The position numbers and the translations under genes were made by a program. A stretch of 58,264 nucleotides of DNA, counting the filler, from Sphacelaria rigidula (Eukaryota), in assembly GCA_964200075.2 (NCBI GenBank). It is 8 parts of 8 records of this genome, joined end to end, with 100 filler letters (N's around TTAATTAATTAA, not from the genome) between each part and the next. Parts side by side here need not be neighbours in the genome. Positions count along the whole stretch, not along the records: positions 1 to 7,196 come from CAXNAA020016015.1; positions 7,297 to 14,492 come from CAXNAA020016016.1; 6 more parts are not named here. One strand, written 5' to 3'. Under the pieces are notes generated by a model. That model did not search any database, was not told the origin of the DNA, and was given only the letters and a program-made list of their open reading frames with translations. Below are positions 1 to 10,220 of the stretch, one piece after another (within the stretch, counting starts at the first letter, position 1; every line of letters begins with the position of its first letter).

Positions 1-875
1 TAGGTCAGGGAAAGCACGACTTTTGAGTTGAACCTCATTTTATTTTTCAACCCCATTTTTGAGAATCGGCTGTTAGTTGTTGTAGGGAGCATTTCCGTAG
101 TCAGTGCCGCCAGCGGTAGATTTCACGTTTCGCGGTTCTGGGATACAAGTATCCGTATCGCACTTGTGATTCATGTGACACCACTATACACATGCTGAGT
201 TTGTGATTCGTGCGTTACGACCTCGAACGTGAGACATTATACTGTCCTTGATTCATCTGCCATCATCCATCTTCATTCAGCTCCTGATGTGACAAGCGTA
301 TCCAGACAGTGAGTGGATGTATTGGTGACGCACTGCGGATCCGCTTGTGATGAGTAATGGGCATCGATCCGTTTTAACCGAGAGCTTATTGCAACGAGTA
401 CCACGCGAAGTACATCGATGGACAATTTGGCCACTCCATCATCATGGTCATGATTTCTTCTGTCCCCTGTTCCAAATATATTGTGCCCTGCAAGACCTAT
501 CTGTAGACGGTTATGCCAGCTGATAATCGTTGACAACAACAGTGGAGATGGCAAGTTTTGGTTACAGTCTTGGTCCAGGGTGCAAGCGCATCCACCTTAC
601 ACAACGAAGTACTGTACTTCAAGCGCTATATTTCACCATAGGAAACATCCGGAGTACCCACGAGCCATCGCCTTGATTTTGAAATGAAGAGAGCTCATGC
701 GGTCGCGGGAGATTGAGCGTCAGGTATACTGTGGGACACCTCCAACTAGCCTTACTAGTGCACAACCGATCCACGGGTGTCGGGGTCGGAAGAGCCTAGG
801 CCATTGCCGAATATCACCGCAGGGAACCAAAAGGGCAATCCTGATTCTAAATGACTGGAGTTATGCGATAAATAC

Positions 876-926
876 CTTGAGGTGTATGGTGAGATTCCTC
901 CAACAAGTACCAAGACAGAAACGATC
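876..926 (-). CDS. Candidate downstream exon of the secreted protein
   Basis: Boundaries cgtctccag|...G|gtattt, 51 nt, phase 1-1, encoding SFLSWYLLEESHHTPQ. A phase-compatible terminal exon candidate lies at 73-137 (PRNVKSTAGGTDYGNAPYNN*). Confidence 0.35.
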
Positions 927-1347
927 CTGGAGACGAAGGCATTGTCATAGCATATGTAACGGGCGACTACTCGTGTTGTTCCGGGGGGAACAAAAGTGAC
1001 GGTTTCACGGTAGCTGGTGTCGAGGACAAACTGGGTCAATGGCGGGATCCAGGGAACGAGGAAACGTCAACTATCCTCCCCCAGGATGGTGTAATAGTCA
1101 TACAAACGAGATATTATTTCTTACATATTTCCTAATCGGATACGCCAGCAATCTGGAGCACTTCAAGCCAGTACCCGCTGTCGGATGTCATCGTTCCCCA
1201 CGTAACACGAGCCGACCAACTGCAACATGAGCATGTGGTGGTGCCCCTTATCCTTTCTGATCGACGAAAGTCCACCGATAATCCTACACCTCATACCAGC
1301 GGAGGCATGTTGTTAGCGCAAGAAACTGTACTCTACCGAACATTTAC

Positions 1348-1917
1348 CTGGTAGGAGCTCCACTGGTGCCGGTTGTGTTGGCGGAGGTGTCACGGGAGCA
1401 AGCGTGACCGGTGTAGGTGTCATCGGTGTGGGTGTTACTGGCGCAGGAGTGACGGGTGCCGGAGTGACTGGAGCAAGGGTAACCGGAACCGGTGTCGGTA
1501 CCGGTGTCGGTACCGGAGTGACTGGAGCAAGTGTCGGTGCCGGAGTGACTGGAGCAGGTGTCGGTACTGGTGTCGGTACTGGTGTTGGTACTGGTGTCGG
1601 TTCCGGTGTCGGTTCCGGTGTCGGTTCCGGTGTGGGTAAAGGTGTTGGTACGGGTGTTGGTACGGGTGTTGGTACGGGTGTCGGTTCCGGTGTCGGTACT
1701 GGTGTCGGTTCCGGTGTCGGTACTGGTGTTGGTATGGGTGTTGGTACGGGTGTTGGTACGGGTGTCGGTTCCGGTGTCGGTTCCGGTGTCGGTTCCGGTG
1801 TTGGTACAGGTGTCGGTACTGGTGTTGGTTCCGGTGTCGGTACTGGTGTTGGTTCCGGTGTCGGTACTGGTGTTGGTTCCGGTGTCGGTTCCGGTGTTGG
1901 TACGGATGTTGGAGGAT
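1348..1917 (-). CDS. Pro/Thr-rich mucin-like stalk exon (PTPE/PTPV and VTPAP repeats), phase 1-1
   Basis: Boundaries gatcccag|AT CCT CCA...CCA G|gtaaat, 570 nt, in frame with the upstream exons. It matches the core of ORF 1313..1960(-). Confidence 0.8.
1400..1905. repeat. Coding minisatellite (12-bp units, then 15-bp units)
   Basis: Tandem ggtgtcggttcc, ggtgtcggtact and ggtgttggtacg units. Confidence 0.95.
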
Positions 1918-2366
1918 CTGGGATCACCAACACGAACGTGTGCGGAGGTATGGCCACCATCAGTCAGGGTTCGAACGATGAAACGTATTGACGACTCGCT
2001 TCGGTTCCAACTCACTGTCCTCGATCACTTCGGTGCCTGTCAGTGCACCCTAGCGCGGGAAGCGGTTAGTTTTTTTTGCAACCGCCCCCGCTCGTTACCC
2101 TTGGCGTGAGGCCTACCGACTAAACCACACCTGCAGCGGTGGTACCACCTCACACTTGGGCGAGAACCACGTATCTACGGTCGAAACCACCAATGGGGAT
2201 CTTTACACCTGGTGTTTCCCTAGCTGTGTGGACTATACCGCAAGTTAGTAGTGTCGGTGACGGTGAAGCCATTGCTCACTGACCGACCCCGCACAACATC
2301 CATCCAAAGTTTACTCGGTGCCATCATCCTCCGGCATCACTATCAGCAACGACTCTGTAAACTCAC

Positions 2367-2453
2367 CCGCACACAACCCAGAAGCCGGGTCCCGGAATCC
2401 GCTAGTGCATTGGCAACTGTCTGCTGCTTGGTTGCCGTTCCTGATGTCGTTGT
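2367..2453 (-). CDS. Cys-rich module exon (phase 1-1)
   Basis: A ctgac branch-like motif precedes ctttcag|...G|gtgagt, 87 nt. Encodes NDIRNGNQAADSCQCTSGFRDPASGLCA. Confidence 0.75.
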
Positions 2454-2941
2454 CTGAAAGCATAGAAAGTGACGTGGACGTTCGTCAGTGGATTTACACG
2501 GAACGTGGTGGGGCGTCTTTTGCGAGAAGGAAGTTGCTGCGACTATTGACGACGAACTGGTCCGGAGCTCTCAGTTTGCGGACGCACATCCGACGTGATT
2601 ATCTGATGGAGGTGAGACACGCATGCTGCCAACTCTTCCACGGTTTGTGTCGAGTACTGAACTTCGCACACGGTGTCTACGAGCCACTCGGCCGGCGGCG
2701 GCGGCGGCGGCACTTTCCACCGCTTCCAGAACTACGCAGTAGACGCTACTTTGTTCGAGTTGATGAAGGACTTGTTTCTCGACTTGATGTGTATCCAACG
2801 CCGTCCCTTATCCCGTGGCGACGGGTACTATTCGTCCAGAGCTCAACGAAACGATATCGGGCCGTGTCATCCACCAAGCCATACAACATCAACCAGGCAA
2901 GCGAATCTACCCTGCCGCTCATTTGCACTGCAAGTACACAC

Positions 2942-3004
2942 CTAGGCACACATCGTTGACACAGCACGTCGTGGCGTCACAGATCGTGGCGTCGATCTTG
3001 CAAC
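2942..3004 (-). CDS. Cys-rich module exon (phase 1-1)
   Basis: Boundaries ctctacgcag|...G|gtgtgt, 63 nt. Encodes CKIDATICDATTCCVNDVCL. Confidence 0.75.
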   Translation of the reverse strand, partial: VARSTPRSVTPRRAVSTMCA

Positions 3005-3460
3005 CTGCGTAGAGTAAGCGAGAACAAGATGAAAACGGTTTTCGGGAGGACTCAGTTAAAAGTGGGGAATCCTGCGCTCAGGACGGCGGATTACACACCA
3101 TCAGCTCAGAAGCGGGCAGCCGGTCGGCTCCGCCTTTGCAGCCTGCCATCGCGCCAACGACAGTTTGTGTCGTTCTCAAGCGAGGCGACAGTGCTGTGTG
3201 ACGTCCTGGACCATCGAGCCAATGACACAGGTGCGATCCAGCTTAGAATGGAATGCAAGACAGAAGCCGCACCACCCCTGTACCACCCCCCCCCCCCCGC
3301 ACTCCGCTGCAGCTGTGCGAGGATGCTATGCTCGGCAGTAATTTCACTAGCATTCCGATTTGTTACAAGAAAAAGGTTGACGGGCATGCCCGGCAACACA
3401 ACGTGAAGAGCTGCTATCGCGCCGAAATTGTCATGCACCATCATATGTCACGAGTCATAC

Positions 3461-3595
3461 CTGTGAGCCGACACTTGAGGTTGTTCCCCGTGTCGTCGCC
3501 GTTATTATCTACGCATGTGGTGGTCGACCCGCAGCAGTCGTTTTCTCGAACCGGGGTAGTCCTAATGTCGCACGTCCCTTGGGTGTCGATGCACC
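3461..3595 (-). CDS. Knottin-like (C-C-CC-C-C) module exon (phase 1-1)
   Basis: Boundaries ccgcag|...G|gtatga, 135 nt. Encodes CIDTQGTCDIRTTPVRENDCCGSTTTCVDNNGDDTGNNLKCRLT. Confidence 0.75.
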
Positions 3596-4010
3596 CTGCG
3601 GACGAGTCCAAGCCAAGCACGACACCAACGCAAGCGCCGAATCAGGTCGGCTAAAAAATACGAAGTATGAGGGTATGGACGCCTGCGCCATTTGGCTTTG
3701 TTTTCTCCACCACCAGCCTGTGGGAGGCACCTCGGCCTATGTTGCTCAGGTATGGTACTCGAGCCAAACAATAACGGGAAGCTAACCCCATGACCGCGAA
3801 GCGTTCACTCGAGCCCGCACTGTCCAAGACGACACTAGTTCGGTCGTCGAGTGGTTCACAGATTCTTCTGCGGCAAAGTATCGCACGCCCCGTCGTTCAG
3901 CGGTTCACCGCAAAATGTACTGCCGAGTGCAGATTCATGGCGGGACCGGTGCACGACTCGAAGCCACGTGGTTTAGGATGCCTACTATCGATTCGTTATC
4001 GGGTACATAC

Positions 4011-4079
4011 CTTCGCAGTTACTCGCTCCTTGGATGCGACAGATATCCGGAGCGGGGCACTCGCTGTTTTGGGTGCAGG
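4011..4079 (-). CDS. Cys-rich module exon (phase 1-1) of the secreted protein
   Basis: Boundaries aaccag|...G|gtatgt, 69 nt. Encodes CTQNSECPAPDICRIQGASNCE (4 Cys). Confidence 0.7.
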
Positions 4080-4890
4080 CTGGTTCATACGGACAGTTCG
4101 CGGACAAAGGGGCGCGCATACCGTCAGGTGTTGTTTTCAAGTGTGAGGCATTTCGTCAGAACACCACCCTCTTCCTTCGTTCTCGGAGTCTCTTGATGAG
4201 TACTTCATGCAATGTTCATCACACGTCGGTTTCTGTTGGTTCCACTGGGCTATCCTATACGGAGGCTGACGTACGTAGTTTCTTTCACAATATGTCGATT
4301 TCCCACATCCCGCGGAAACATCGAGCACGGCCACCAAACTCACTTTCTTCCCTGGAACGCAAGCGTTGAGATATCGTATCACCATTATATTGACGTTTTT
4401 TGCAAGCGAAAAACGATCTGCTAGCAGCATTTCCGCCTCTTCACGTGCACCCGTCGCTCGAATGATGGCCCCTGTGTGAACTCGTATGGTATGGTCCTTT
4501 GAGTTCCAACACGATATTCGTTTTCTTTCCCTCTCTCTCTTCGTTGGACCGGAAGTTTTTTTTTTCTTTCGGCAATTTGTTCGCGTCCCCAGCTTCCCGT
4601 TTTCGGTTGTTCAGGCTGAGGGGTCGTGTTGAACGCAGCCGTCAGGGTGCTTGACAGACGGGGGAGATCGCACGATAACGTTCGCCGGGGATCGTACCAC
4701 TGTGATGCGTGGCCGGACCGCGTGCTCAGAGTACCGCATCGAAATTGGAACATCCCTATGGTTATGGTTATGCTTATGGTTATGCTTATGGTTGGGGCTA
4801 TGATCAGGGTTGGTGTTGGGGTGAGGGTCAGGGTCCTGGTCCCTGCAGGGACAAGCCCGATTGGTTTTAAACGTCCAACGGGGAACTCAC

Positions 4891-4975
4891 CAATCGGCTG
4901 GCCGACAACGGGTGATGCGAACAGGATGCTGGTTATCCCAACAGCACAGCGACGAATTGCCTTCTTGGACAACAT
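4891..4975 (-). CDS. First coding exon (signal peptide) of a secreted Cys-rich/Pro-Thr-rich protein
   Basis: ATG at 4975 follows a pyrimidine-rich acceptor (ttcctgcag, exon start 4987). It encodes MLSKKAIRRCAVGITSILFASPVVGQPI (basic N-region plus hydrophobic core) and ends at the phase-1 donor G|gtgagt. Confidence 0.7.
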
Positions 4976-5855
4976 CGTCGTTGCCTCCTGCAGGAACGAG
5001 AATAACGGCACAGATGAGAAGAGGTTAGCAGGTGGGTGCAGGGCTGAAATCACCAGTCGAGCGGGCGACCGGTGCGGGGCTGATGACGCACCACGTGCAT
5101 GATCGTGAACAGATATTGCGCCCGTGGCAACCTCGTGCAGCTACTGTGTCCCGCACACTCGAGTGGCGACGGACACATGTTTTCAATACTTCATCATGGG
5201 TGACATGGATAAACAAGAAAAATACCACGAGAGTCGACAACGTGCGGGACTCGGGATCCAACCTTCGATGCGCAAACCGTTCAACATGTTTGGGCGGGAA
5301 GATGTTTGTGCTTGCTTCTTCTTGCTTCTTTTTCCTGGTACTATTCCTCGTCTTCGTCATGCATGTTAGGACCGCGGCGGAATCAGAACAACCCAGGACT
5401 CACGTGTCGCGAGGGTCGCACGGACCTCGTCAATGCGCGCAGCGCGCCCGCGCACTCATCGAGCCAGGAGTAGCGAAGCCAGGCAAGTGACGGGGGCGAA
5501 GTCTTTCGAAAGGGAGAGGAGTGAGAGTACCATGGGATTCGAGCACCCGTTACTCGCGTGGGAGTGACTATTGCATGTAAATTGTGGCGGGAAAGATTAC
5601 CACCAGTGTGTGTTTCAGGGAGGTGTCGGTGCCTACCACCCCATGACCGTATCGACGAACTGATGCTTGGCACTTCGAGTTACTGAGTTCCGCAACGATC
5701 AATACTTCATACGATGCCCCCCCCCCCCCCCCCCACCCCCGAAACCAGCTATTTGCGGCAACCATGATGGTATTCGAGCTAAATAATCTTGTGCGGCGTG
5801 GTAAAATCTCCACTACGCACAATGAGGACGATCGCAATACGTGGTGTTTACAGGG

Positions 5856-5970
5856 TGAGACACCCATGAGGCAGTGTATTAGCCATGACTGTCTCTGGAA
5901 GTGGCGATACCAGATAATAAAGCAACTCATTGCAGGCTGTCATCCAAGTGCAAGAAAATCAATAGGATAT
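5856..5970 (+). repeat. Dispersed ~120-bp repeat, with copies at ~36187-36292 and ~49735-49840
   Basis: Shared sequence acaccc(a/c)(t/a)gaggca...agccRtgRctgtct...tggcgRtacc...tcatccaaRtgcaaga.aatca on three different contigs. Confidence 0.8.
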
Positions 5971-6404
5971 AATGGAGAACAGAAAAAGCGAGCGCGCATT
6001 TGCATTAACCATTTTTAGCCCAGTTTCGACGTTTGGCGCATTTGTTATTGAATAATGAGTGCGTTCACAGTGCGGAGTGCGCAGCGCCGAGGAAAATGCT
6101 CAAATTCGATACGTCGAAACACGACGCCGTGATAGTCGCCGCGGAATATACTCGAGTATATCACCAGCTTGAACAACAAACTAGACTATCTATCATGCAT
6201 CACACCTAGAGTTGTAATCAACGACCTCTTTTGCGACTTGCCCCTTGCACGATGAACCATTATTGTCAAAGCGAAGCATCACGCCGCGTGTTGTGCCGCC
6301 ACTTCTATGATGTCAGATAACAATCACAGTAAGTCACAAACCGGAGCTTCTGTACCTTTATACAGTCAGGCGTGCACCCACTCCGGGTAAGTTGCTAGTG
6401 TCAG

Positions 6405-6600
6405 TGTAGTATCGTGAGGTCTTGGAAGTCGTGTCCCCACCAAAACAGCCGTATCGTATCGTATCGGTATCGGTATCAGTATCGAGTATCGATACGTGTC
6501 GGGTCATTTTCCGCGTATCGAGAAACATATCGGTATCGACGTCTTGAGGTTGATACGTTGAAAGTATCGTACCGAACCTTCTTCTTCCGTTCGATATTCA
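6405..6600. repeat. GTATCG-rich array, probable DNA-transposon subterminal region
   Basis: Many gtatcg/cgatac hexamers in both orientations. Confidence 0.5.
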
Positions 6601-6668
6601 ATCAAGGGGCAGCGAAAAATAAATTTAGGACATTCGTGTAGGCCCCAAGATCGAATATTCGAGTTTTT

Positions 6669-6712
<44 letters not shown>

Positions 6713-6865
6713 ACGAGAGGAGGGGGGGCGGGGGTTTTTTGGGGGAGGTGGGGGGGGGGATGTCGATGCGTGGAAAAGTAGGACCNNNNNNNNNNTTCGT
6801 ATAAGATGTGGGGGGGGCGTGGAAAGGGGAGGTGGGGGGGTTGGTGCGGGGGGGGGGGGGGGGGT

Positions 6866-6916
<51 letters not shown>

Positions 6917-7196
6917 GGGGGGGACACCCAGCCATGTGTCGCCTGGGTTTTTGCCGAAGCGTTGGCGGATGCGATCAGCTGCCGTAGACAGTAGAGATCC
7001 TCATAAAAAATGTTAAATATCATATATTATATACCATATATTATATATCGTGTAATACATTTCATACATTATATATAATATAATATAGGTCCATATTATC
7101 GGTCTATATTATCGGTCTATATTGTAATGCGTGAGAGGACCGCGTGCTTAGAGGACCGCGCCGTAGTTCAAAATACCTCAGGATCGACGTTTTTCA

Positions 7197-7296
7197 NNNN
7201 NNNNNNNNNNNNNNNNNNNNNNNNNNNNNNNNNNNNNNNNTTAATTAATTAANNNNNNNNNNNNNNNNNNNNNNNNNNNNNNNNNNNNNNNNNNNN
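7197..7296. other. Artificial contig linker. Identical linkers at 14493-14592, 21789-21888, 29085-29184, 36380-36479, 43675-43774 and 50970-51069
   Basis: N44 + TTAATTAATTAA (stops in all frames) + N44. The flanking contigs are all 7195-7196 bp, i.e. sorted by length. Confidence 0.99.
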
Positions 7297-7850
7297 AGAA
7301 ACACAAGAATATGGGTCAGGGCATCCCCGTTTGCAGATTCATTCGGGATATTCCCAGCACATTGGAATAGTAATCCTGGCGTACTCTCGCATATCTTCAT
7401 ACGTCGTGTTTTGGATGAGATAGAGGGCTCGTGTCAATTATAACCTCAGAAAATATTTGTGTACCCCTACCGTGGCATCACTCGTGGCACGATGGAGTTG
7501 TGGAGTTGCAGGGAGACCAACCAGCACCCCTACGGAATGAAGGGCGTGGAAAAAAAAAATATATCAGTTCACCAGACGACTTATTCATGTACATCACATC
7601 TCTCACTGCTTGCAGATACTTTAGAGGCCTTCCTTCATACCGCTCTTATGGGGGGTTTCGGCCAGCGAGTGATGCTACGGCATGGGTGTACAAATATTTC
7701 ATGAGGTTAGAACTGCTAGGAGCCCTCTACCTTATCCAAAACACGACTTACGTAATAAGTGAGAGTACGCCAGGATTGCTATTCCGATGTGCTAGGATTG
7801 TTCCGAATGAATTTGCAAACGGGGATGCTCTGGCCCATATTCTTGTGCAT
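7297..7850. repeat. Diverged inverted repeat (7297-7430 vs 7720-7850)
   Basis: cacaagaatatgggtcagggcatccccgtttgca...gatagagggctc is the reverse complement of gagccctctacc...ggggatgctctggcccatattcttgtg. Confidence 0.85.
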
Positions 7851-8846
7851 CTGGAATCGTTGGGAGCCCCTGAACCAGACAAGATTTCGCGAACAAAGTG
7901 CACCCCTACCGTAGCATTGCTCCAGCGCGTAAAAGTATTCAAAGGGTCGGACGAGCAATCGCTTGTCTAAAAATAATTGTATTTTTGAGCACTTGATTCG
8001 TACCGTACGAATCAATCCTTGGGCTTTCTTGTCATCGTTGCACTGCACCCTGGGGTACGTGGAATAGCGCGAAATGTGCGACAATGCATCCAATATATAC
8101 TGGGCTAATAATAAACGAAGGAAGCCGACAGTCACAACACATATTAGTGTAGCAATATATATATATATATTGATTCAATATCTAGAATAAAATTTGTATT
8201 GGAATTAGTATGGTGGGCAGTTTATGTTCGTGGGCGCCATTGAAAGATGTATCACCAGATGCCGGGAACGCTCAATGTATTCCTCCGCGAGCGTGTTCAA
8301 TATATATGTTGTTGGCTGCACAATTCCTATGCGATGAGCGTGCGCAGTACGTACATATTGGGAAAGCAATACTTTCGCACGGTTTGTTTTCAATACATGT
8401 TATGGCAACAATACATGTTACGCATCGCTTCGACTCGATATACTGTATATTGGAAGTCCAATACATACACGGCCGGCATACACAATATATATATTGAATG
8501 TTTTGTTCCCGGAGCAAATACATGTTCAATATATGTTGCCATGCAGTACGTACTTGACGATCATGGCGCGAGAAATAAGTTTTGTTGCTTCTTTGTCTCC
8601 GAGGGAGGGGACGTACAGCTTTGGGCGGAGATCTGTGGTTGTTTTTTTCGAACAACCAAACAATAACGCTAACGCTAACCCCGACCCAAGGCGTACGAGA
8701 CCCTCGGACAAGGGGGTGCATAGGTTCCCCTCGGCATAGTGTGCGTCGGCAGACATGAAATCGACGTCGTAGGCGCCGATTTCGACAAAAGCACGTTCTG
8801 GACGAGCTGTGTCCACTGCCCACCTGCCCCAAACCGTAAATTTTCT

Positions 8847-9014
8847 ACACCTTGGACAATATATGGTCAATAGTTGCAATAGGCAAGAAACGTACTGCAT
8901 AAAGGATAGGCCTATTGCGACTATTGTCGGCCGGCAATGGTTACAATAGGCCTGTAGTTTATGCAGTACACTTCTCGTCTATTGCATCTATTGACCATAT
9001 ATTGTCCAGGGTGT
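8847..9014. mobile_element. Foldback MITE, possibly Mutator-like
   Basis: Near-perfect hairpin acaccttggacaatatatggtcaatag...ctattgaccatatattgtccagggtgt. AAATTTTCT occurs on both flanks (candidate 9-bp TSD). Confidence 0.7.
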
Positions 9015-9954
9015 AAAATTTTCTCAAAAACTTTCTCACGTCTAAAATCAAGTAGTCATGCTGTCAACCATAGATATACGCCCAAATCTGTAGGTCTACT
9101 GCATCTCAACACATCACCAAGTATATATATATATATATATATATTTTTTTAAGGACGATATTTTCGCTGTCTCCAATAGAAAGTATTGGTATCATATTGG
9201 AACATATTGTATTGCCCAGGGCATAAGCAACACGGCACTGTTGACCAAAGGGGTACCAAAGGGCGCATATCGATCAGCGTTTTCCGTCTTGGTGCTGTTC
9301 AGCCAAGATACATCACACATTGTCAAGAGGATCGGCGGCACCGCATCGTTGGCCAGATAGGTATCAGAAGGCATATATACCGGGTCGCCTCTTCTGTCAC
9401 CTTATTTTCCCGCCAAAAACAAACATATCTCAAACTCATTCAACGACTCTCCCTAGTCATGCTCGTGGTGTTTTCAAGAAATAGTATCGAGTGCACTCGT
9501 TTCGACGAGTAATGAAAGCTATCAAGTCATCATCCATTCACGGAAGGGAGAAAAGAAAAGAAAAAAATCCCTTCTGACGGGTACAAACTGCCTGGTTTTC
9601 CACAGTCATTGAGACCCATGGACCGGCATCTAGCAGAAAACGACCGCACAGACCAGGAGAATCAAACATAACAAGTGAAAAGAAAAAAAGATGAACATGT
9701 TCATGAAAGGACCAGACTTCCCACCCCTCACCCCGGAACAGAAGTAGTGCAGGTTTCGCCGTGTTATCGCCCAATTTCGAGACCCAAGCGACCGGAGGTC
9801 ATGGCTAAAAATTACTGCATGAGCAGCTGGGATCGAACGCAAAAAGAAAAGAAGTTCACGAACATACAACAAAATGCAAAAATAAAATAAAATGGCAGAA
9901 GTAAATAAGTCATACGCAGTACAAACGATACCTGGATTTACCCAAGCACATCAA

Positions 9955-10220
9955 TATCGACACATTTTTTTTCGGCGATGTCCGAAATTTTCGGACTTTT
10001 CGGACTCTGCGTTCAGACTTCTCCAAAAACGAATCGGCTAGAATTATCTCCTCCGACGCTTCATTTTTGGAGAAGTCGGAACCGAAAGAGTTCGGACTGC
10101 TACGCGGCACTTCGGAGGGCTGCCCTGTGTGTACGCCCCGGCGTTCACAAGCATTCGGAGTCATCAGGTACCTTGCCAGTCTCGAAATTTTCGGAGATAT
10201 CCGAAAAAACAGTGTCGATA
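9955..10220. repeat. Diverged MITE-like inverted repeat
   Basis: tatcgacacattttttttcggcgatgtccgaaatttt pairs with aaattttcggagatatccgaaaaaacagtgtcgata. Confidence 0.5.

Noticed and set aside
755..1039. ETVTFVPPGTTRVVARY resembles a multicopper oxidase motif
   Set aside because: No His/Cys copper motifs nearby, and it is not phase-compatible with the gene model.
1400..1905. CRISPR-like regular repeats
   Set aside because: Contiguous tandem units with no unique spacers and no cas genes, in a eukaryotic context.
1344..2109. GT-, VS- and GV-repeat ORFs in other frames
   Set aside because: They are shadows of the PT minisatellite. Only the PT frame is joined by phase-consistent splice sites.
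5080..5110. Hammerhead ribozyme cores at CTGATGA sites (also 10165, 10891, 23488)
   Set aside because: No stem II followed by GAAA could be built.
6504..7023. Poly-Pro and poly-Gly ORFs and an apparent G-quadruplex
   Set aside because: These are long G homopolymers around an N gap, typical of sequencing or assembly artefacts. Other G/C runs (14460, 50890) also sit near contig ends.
7241..7252. Recurrent TTAATTAATTAA at ~7.3-kb periodicity
   Set aside because: Artificial linker.
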